Shown here: in pieces, positions 56,501-64,000 of the stretch | Layout: the number at the start of each line of letters is the position of its first letter | Position numbering within the stretch: the stretch's first letter is position 1 | Source: Malacoraja senta | Taxonomy: Eukaryota | Reading direction: 5' to 3' | NCBI GenBank assembly: GCA_038087875.1 | Contig: JAXLNO010001166.1 | Span: 558,001 to 622,000 of the forward strand | Length of the DNA stretch: 64,000 bases | The notes under the pieces: generated by a model | Databases searched by the model: none | What the model saw: only the letters and a program-made list of their open reading frames with translations | What the model was told of the DNA's origin: nothing | Position numbers and translations under genes: made by a program

Positions 56501-59500
56501 ATTTATTTATTTACTGCTCATATTTATGTCGCTCTTCTAGGGAGATGCTAACTGCATTTCGTTGTCTCTGTACTGTACACTGCACAATGACAATAAAGTT
56601 GAATCTGAATCTGAATCTTTATTAAGTTTATGAAAGATCAGATTGCTTTTCACTTCTTGACAAACTCTAATGAAGAGATATCCAATGATATAGTTTGGGA
56701 TGCTTTTAAGGCATATATTCATGGACAAATTATTTCATACTCCGCGGGATTAAAAAAACAAACACAAAAAGAAATACGCACATTGGCTGACGAGATTAAA
56801 GAAATTGATAAAAATATTCAAAAGCTCCTAGTTTAGAGCTCTATAAGAATAGAGTTGAACTTCAATTGAGATATGATTTGTTATTAGTATCACCGATTGA
56901 GAACCAGTTACGTAAAACCAAAAGTAAATTTAATATAAATGACGAAAAATCTGGTAAATTACTTGCTAATCAATTGAATGCAGTGTCGGCCAAGCGTCAG
57001 ATTACTAAAGTGAGTAAACGGGATGGTACAGTAACTGTAGATCATGACGAAAATAATAAATCCTTTCAGGAATTTTATACCTCCCTATACCAATCAGAAT
57101 TTCCTACTGATTCCAATATAATGCATGAGGTTTTAAAGAAACTGAACTTACCAAATTTACCATACAATGAGTCTCTGTTGTTAGATGAACCCATCACGGA
57201 AGAAGAAATACAGAAAGCAATTTTTTCAATGAATTCTGGTAAAGCTCCCGGTTTAGGTGGGTTTACAGTAGAATTTTTAAAGTATTTCTCAAATTTATTG
57301 TCTCCATGGCTATGCAAGGTATTTAAAGAAGCCTTTTTAAGGAATAGATTGCCACAATCTTTTTATGAAGCTTCTATTTCTTTAATTTAAAAAAAGATAA
57401 AGACCCTACTGAAGTGACATCATATAGACCTATATCAATGTTAAATGTAGATTTTAAAATTCTTTCCAAAATATTACCTATGAGATTGGAAACGATTTTA
57501 CCGCAAATTATCTCTGAAGATCAGACAGGTTTTATTAAAAATCGTTACGCATTCTTTAATGTTAGGAGATTAATAAATATTGTATATACAGCGTCTAATA
57601 AAAACCCAGAATGTGTCATCTCACTTGATACCGAGAAGGCTATTGATAGAGTAGAATGGAATACTTATTCAATATACTTGAAAAAGTTAAGATTGGTCCA
57701 AAATTTATCTCTTGGATCAAACTGCTATATCTTATACCTCAGGCTTCTGTATTTACTAATAATCAGAGATCCCCTTTTTTCAGGCTCTTTCAAGGTACTA
57801 GACAGGGCTGTCCCTTAAGTCCTTTACTATTTGATATTGCTTTGGAAACTTTAGCCACTGCTATTAGGGAATCCCCTAATATTTTTGGTATTGTCCGCGG
57901 GAATAAGACACATAAGCTATCTCTTGATGCAGATGATCTGTTATTATTTATTTCTAACCCTGAGAAATCTATTCCGGCAATAGTAGCATTACTTAATCAA
58001 TTCAGTAGTTTTTCTGGTTATAAACTAAATCTTAGTAAGGGTGAGCTTTCCCATTAAATAATTTTGTTTTGAGTTATGGACAGTTTCCATTTAGATTGAC
58101 TTCCGAAAGTTTTACTTATTTAGGTATTAAGATCACCAAGAAACACAAGGATTTATTTAAAGCTAATTTTATTCCTTTAATTGACCATATTAAACATCAG
58201 TTCACTAAATGGTCACCAATGTCCTTATCCTTAATTGGCCGAATCAATACTATTAAAATGTTCATTTTACCTAAATTTCTGTATTTATTTCAGACGATAC
58301 CAATTTTTATTGCCAAACCTTTCTTTGATATTATAGACTCTAAAATTTCTTCATATATATGGCAGAATAAAAATCCCAGACTAGGTAGAAAATACCTACA
58401 GAAATCAAAAAAAAGAGTTGGTTTGGCATTGCCGAACCTTAGACTCTACTATTGGGCAGTCAATGTTCGTTATTTAACATTTTGGACAAAAGATTTAGAA
58501 GATACCCAATGCCCTGGATGGATAAACCTAGAACGTGATTCCTTACAAGGGCTATAATTGGCCTCTATTCTAGGGACCTCGCTACCTTTTACAATTACGA
58601 GATTGAATAAATATATGACGAACCCAATAATAAGACATACGTTCCGAATATGGTTTCAATTTCATACGTTTTTTGGACTATCTGATTTTATCCAAATTTC
58701 TCTTCCAACCATCTAGTACTGATCAAGTTTTTTTGTTATGGAAGAGGAAGGGATTAGTAGCTTTTCGTGATTTGTTTTTGGAGGGTTGTTTTATGTCTTT
58801 CGAACAACTCTCCAATAAATATAACTTAACTAATTCGCACTTTTTTTAGATATTTACAAATTAGACAAAAGGAACTACACCTTTTTCCGCTACCACATCA
58901 ACCCGAAATTTTTGATTTTTTTTTACAGTTGAACCCTTATCAGAAAGGATTAATAACGACTATTCATGAGTTGATTTCAAAATATACAAATAGATACATT
59001 TGATAAAATTAAGAATGACTGGGAAAGAGAACTCCAAATGTCTTTATCTATAGAGAAATGGGAGAGGATCCTTCAATTAGTTAATACCTCTTCAATGTGT
59101 GCAAGACACGCTTTGATACAATTCAAGGTGGTCCACAGAGCTCATATGTCAAAAGATAAGTTAGCTCGTTTTTATGGTCATATAAATCCTACCTGTGACA
59201 GATGTAACTCTGAAGTGGCATCACTGACCCATATGTTTTGGTCCTGCCCTCTTTTGGAAAAATATTGGAAATAAATTTTTGATACTATTTCTGTAGTCTT
59301 AGGTATAGATTTACAACCTCATCCTATTACTGCAATTTTTGGGTTACCAATGTTAGATTCTATTCATTTGTCCCACTCTGCCCATCGGTTCATTGCTTTT
59401 ACCACATTAATTGCCAGAAGATTTATTTTATTTAAATGGAAAGATTCCAACCCTCCGACCACACTCCAGTGGTACTCTGAAACGATATCATGTTTAAATT

Positions 59501-60065
59501 TAGAAAAAATCAGAAGTGACATTGTTGAACCCTTGGTTAAATTTGATAAGACTTGGGGAAAATTTATTGAACACTTTCATACAACATAAATTGAACCCTC
59601 TTTAACCGTTATAAAAATTATTTTACCTTCATAGGGTGGAACGGACTTGACGACAAACAGACTTAAATTGTTGAATTTCTCAGTTCAGATTCGGTTTTGC
59701 TCTGTTTTGTTTTATTTATTTATTTTATTTTTATTCATATTTTATTATTATCAATTTAAAAAAAAAATTTAGTTTAGGGTTTTTTTTTTTTTCTTTTTCT
59801 TTTTGTCGTTTTATCTTTGCTTTTTTTTTACATTTATGTTTCCTTTTAAAGATTTAACTATATTTACATAGGGACCGGGAGGTCTATATTCATTGTGTAT
59901 TTTGACACTGGTCTCATATTAGGTTATACCTGTTATTAATGTGTTTAATCCTGATCCCTATGTATCAATACCATTGTTATGTTTATCATTATTCTTTTTG
60001 CTCTGTTTTTTATGTTTTATTTTTGTTTTTGTTTTTTGGAAAAAAAACAATAAAAAGATTTTAAA
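53515..60065 (+). mobile_element. L1-clade LINE (L1-C, a different family), near full length, defective
   Basis: ORF1 remnants at 53600-54430; ORF2 endonuclease at 55028; RT (RQGCPLSPLLF, DADD); C-terminal CDRC..H..C; A-rich tail. Many stops and frameshifts. Confidence 0.88.
55818..56616 (+). mobile_element. Rex1/Babar-like LINE 3' fragment inserted in L1-C ORF2
   Basis: ORF 55918-56442 (ERVSSFRFLGVNISDDLSW...); (gaatct)n tail; TSD ctttatta at 55810-55817 and 56617-56624. Confidence 0.88.
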
Positions 60066-60074
60066 AGAAAGGTA

Positions 60075-60600
60075 CTGAATAAAAAAGTTGGGATGTTCTG
60101 CTACAGTTGTACACGATGTTGGTGAGGTCACATTTGGAGTATTGTGTTAAGTTTTGGTCACTCCACTATCGGAAGGATGTCATTAACAGGGCCTGCGATT
60201 TAGGGAGAGGATGAGAATGCTTGGACTTTAGTCCTTGGCACGCAAGAGGCTGAGGGGTGATCTTATAGAAGTTTATAAAATCAAGGAGCATAGATAGATT
60301 GAATGCATGGAATCTTTTAACCAGCCTTGTGTAATCAAGAACCAGAGGACTTAGGTTTAAGGTGAGAAGGAAACGAGTTACTCGGAACCAGAGGAAGTGT
60401 AAATATGGAAGAACATTCCAGGGGAAGCAGGTATTAAATAACATTTAGAACACACTTGGACAGGTACATACTGTAGATAGGAAAGGTTCAGAGAGATATG
60501 GGTCAATTGCAGGAAAATTGTAGTTTTGCAGGAACATGGCATCTTGGTTGGCATGGCCAAGTTGAGGCAAAGGGCCCATTTCCATGCCGTATGACTCTAT
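60075..60600 (+). mobile_element. CR1 3' fragment
   Basis: ttggagtattgtgttaagttttggtcactccactatcggaaggatgt... and tail catgccgtatgactctatg. Confidence 0.8.
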
Positions 60601-62504
60601 GGCTCCGTGGGCTTGAAAAGCCAATTCTTTTCTGTTTAACTGCTAAATGATAGTTAATCACCCTCAGTAATAGTGACCACAATGGCAGACCCATGACCAC
60701 GACTGGTTTACAGTGATAATAAGCTAACCATTGCCTCAGTTCAAATATGCATGTCGTTGATGTTCAATGACTAAATTGTTGCTGCTTTCTTAGTTTTGGC
60801 AAGGTTCTGATCTGGGTGCTGGAGCTGTTAGACATCTTGATACCATGAAAGCAGAACCTCCGTTTCAGGAAATATACTTGCTGACTGGTGTCTCAGACCA
60901 GCAATGCCTGGGAACATTGTATTTTGAAGAGGAAATATTACACAACCAAGGCCAAGTGCTCAAGAAAGCAGCACGTCTGTTATTTCAATGAAAACTCTGC
61001 TCTTCATCCATCTTGTCATTTTGATCACCCAGTTTAGTTTATAATATTGTATAACATTTACAATCAATTCTCACAGTTTATGACATTTACAGCTGGCGTG
61101 AAGATGCATCAGTCAATACCTTCTGTCTTCCAATTTAGTTTATTTAATAGAAAGATAGAAACATTAAAAAATATGTGCAGGAATAGGCTATTCGGCCCTT
61201 TGAGCCAGCACCGCCATTGAATACAATCATGGCTGATCATCCAAAATTAATACTCCGATCTGGCTTTCCCCCCAAATCCCTTGACTCCCTTAGCCCTAAG
61301 AGCTAAATCTAACTCTCTCTTGAAAACAGTGGTCCAGATTGAACCTGGGTCTCTGGCGTTGTGAGGCAGCAGTTCTACCAGCTGCACTACCATGCTGCAT
61401 TACGTACAAACTCTAAATCCTACACTGACTTTCCCTTCCACTTGTTATATTCAACACAATAACTCCTTTACACAGGAGGAAAGTGAACTGCAATTCATCA
61501 CCAGAATATCTCTTACAACAGTGTGATCACAGGCAAGAAACCAGTGATATAGATGACTGAATTTACACTAAAACCCTGATCATCCAGCTCTCTTGGGATT
61601 TGGGAAATGGTAGATTTTAAGGACTGCTGCATGTTACTCCAAACATACTTTAATTCGACTAATTTAAGCACTTGTTGAGCAAGTCAGTGGTTGAGGTGCA
61701 TCTGTACACTACTATCAGACTTAAGCGGAGGAATACCCATTGTAATTTGCCTGAAGAGTCTCGAACCAGATTGTCACCTATCCATGGTCTCCAGGGATGT
61801 TGCCTGACCTGCTGAGTTACTATAGCACTGTCCCTCACAGTCTTTCCCAATCTTATAAATCAAAAATAGTCAGCATCTTTCTACATCATAAAGAGTCATG
61901 GAAATATGCAGCATACAAACATGGCCTTTGTCCCACTGACCTGCACCAACCATTCATGTACACTAATCCTACATTTGTCCCACATTCATATCAGCTCTCC
62001 CCACATTGTATCATGCACAATCTATATAACCATATAACCATATAACCATTACAGCACGGAAACAGGCCATCTCGGCCCTTCAAGTCCGTGCCGAACATTT
62101 TTTTATTTTTTATTTTATTTTTTATTTTTTTATTTTTAATAAATACTTCCCCCTAGTCCCATCTACCTGCACTCAGACCATAACCCTCCATTCCTTTCCC
62201 ATCCATATACCCATCCAATCTAGGGGACAACTAACCTACCAAACAATGTTTTGGGGATGTGGGAGGAAACCAGAGCACCTGGGGAAACCCGCATGGTCAC
62301 AGGAACAACATGCAAACTCTACAGATACATCAGCCGATGTTGGTATTTAATTCAGGTCTCTGACTCTACTGTGCTGCTCTGTTTCACATTGTAGTCCACC
62401 TGTCATGTTGTTGCTCATTCATTCGGCTTTCCACCTTGAACCAGTTCTCCCACTACTCACGTTCCCACTTAATTTTGAGTTTTCCAGTAACAGCGGACTT
62501 GGTG

Positions 62505-62810
62505 GCAGCTACTGTGTGCAGCGGTAGAGTTGCTGCCTTACAGCGCTTGCAGCACCGGAGACCTAGGTTCGATCCCGACCACTGATGCTGTCTGTACAGA
62601 GTTTGTACATTCTCCCCGTGACCGCGTGTGTTTTCTCCAAGATCTAAGGTTTCTTCCCACACTCCAAAGATGTACGGGTATGTAGGTTAATTGGCATGGG
62701 GTGTGTGTATAGGATAGTGTTAATGTGCGGGGATCACTGGTCAGCGCAGACTCGATGGGCCGAAGGGCCTGTTTCGTTACTGTATCTCTAAATTAAACTA
62801 AACAAAACTA
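62505..62810 (+). mobile_element. HE1-like SINE
   Basis: gcagcggtagagttgctgcc...ggttcgatcccg; tail gtatctctaaattaaactaaac. Confidence 0.85.
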
Positions 62811-62884
62811 GTAAATGTTAAACTGCAACTAATCTGCCTCATAGCTGACTTGGATCATGAACAGTGCGAGCCCCCAACAGATCA

Positions 62885-63190
62885 GCACAGTGTCACAACT
62901 CGTAGAGCTGCTGCCTCACAGTGACACAGACCCGGGTTCAATTTTGACCTTGAGTGCCATCTATGTGGAGTTTGCACGTTCTCCGTGAAACCGCATTGGA
63001 TCCCTCCAGGGGCTCCGGTTTCCTCACACATCCTAAGATGTGTCAGTTTATAGTTTAATTGGCCACTGTAAATTGCCCCTAGTGGGTGGGTGACTGGATG
63101 AGAAGGTGCAATGAGATAGAATTCATGAGAACAGGTGGTTGGTGGTTGGCATGGACACGGTGGGCCGAAAGGACTGCTTGCATGCTGTAC
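62885..63190 (+). mobile_element. HE1-like SINE
   Basis: gtagagctgctgcctcacag...gggttcaatt head; tail ggtgggccgaaagg. Confidence 0.8.
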
Positions 63191-63443
63191 TTTATAATGA
63201 CTCATTGATATTTCTAGGATTTGGGGCAGTGAACCCATAATATATAACTTTTTTTACACTGAATTCACAATTTTTAAATATCTGATTATCAGAAACATTT
63301 AACAACAGCACAAAGGCTAGTTGACAGTGGTGACTGTCGAGGCATTTCAGGTGTAGCTGCTGCCTTATCCTACTTGAGATCGATCATTTCTTCAAGCCCA
63401 ATACCTTTACTAGCAACAGTTCATCACAATTTTTCCATCTTAC

Positions 63444-63551
63444 CTCTCCTCTTTTTTCTCCACCAAACAATTACTGCCAAGACAATAGCCAGCAATATCA
63501 GCACACACACGGCAATAAGGCCTATGTGCCTGTCTTTCTTTCTATTTCCTT
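63444..63551 (-). CDS. Transmembrane exon of a second type I membrane protein (gene B, probably class I-like)
   Basis: ttatttttcag| acceptor, G|gtaaga donor, 108 nt, phase 1-1. (E)GNRKKDRH-IGLIAVCVLILLAIVLAVIVWW-RKKRR. Confidence 0.75.
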
Positions 63552-63619
63552 CTGAAAAATAAGAATGCATAATTTTACAAATCAATTGCTAAGCTGTGCA
63601 GCTAAATAGATGGGCACTG

Positions 63620-63730
63620 TCTGAAGACTTCAGGGTGAAGAAGGGTCTCGACCCGAAATGCCTCCTATTCCTTTTCTCCAGAGATGCTACCTGACCGCTG
63701 AGTTACTCCAGCATTTTGTGTCTATCTTTG
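63620..63730 (+). mobile_element. Penelope pLTR-derived short repeat
   Basis: gtgaagaagggtctcgacccgaaatgcc...gagttactccagcattttgtgtctatc. Confidence 0.7.
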
Positions 63731-64000
63731 GCGCTTTTCAACATATATAAATATGTTGTTTTGAATCATGGAGTTCTGCAACATGGCAAAGGGGCAATAT
63801 CTGTTCTGTACAACTCTATGATCTATGGTACCATCACAGCCACAACTTAATTCATGAAAGAAGGTGAATTGAAAGCAAAAAGCTTTAACGCTATATAATC
63901 TAACATCTGTTTTGGGGAAAATGCTGGATTCCTTTCAGTAATGGCAGAACATTTGAGTAATAACAAAACAATAAAGTGCATTAACAGGAAAATTGCAGAA

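Noticed and set aside
43826-60600. Search for class I alpha1 and alpha2 exons upstream of the alpha3 exon
   Set aside because: I translated several donor-flanked unique segments by eye and found no alpha1/alpha2 motifs; a TBLASTN with shark class I queries is needed to exclude degenerate remnants.
60794-60990. Plus-strand 65-codon open frame after a ttcttag acceptor
   Set aside because: No recognisable homology; more likely 3' UTR or intergenic sequence of gene B.

Overview
Repeat-dense vertebrate genomic DNA. The HE1-like SINE, CR1, L1, Rex1 and Penelope repertoire and the two-exon GPR139-like GPCR suggest a cartilaginous fish, probably a skate or ray (inference). No prokaryotic features. 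Host content, all on the minus strand: (i) a broken MHC class I-like gene, with an alpha3 exon at 19786-20058 carrying an in-frame TAG, a phase-compatible TM/cytoplasmic exon at 7712-7941 whose stop comes from a CR1, and a candidate promoter at 33241-33450 built from three RFX X-box/CRE/CCAAT (SXY-like) modules; I could not find alpha1/alpha2 exons; (ii) a GPR139-like GPCR pseudogene at 33501-36776; (iii) an intact TM exon of a probable second class I-like gene at 63444-63551. Mobile elements: three long L1s, a Gmr1-like SCAN-gag Gypsy provirus without TSD, both termini of a DIRS-type element 23 kb apart, two non-autonomous hATs, many Penelope-derived short repeats with minimal hammerhead cores, and a 4.27-kb DNA transposon (16-bp TIRs, 7-bp TSD) with an uninterrupted 978-aa hAT-type transposase ORF. 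All calls were made by eye; the boundaries of old repeats are approximate.
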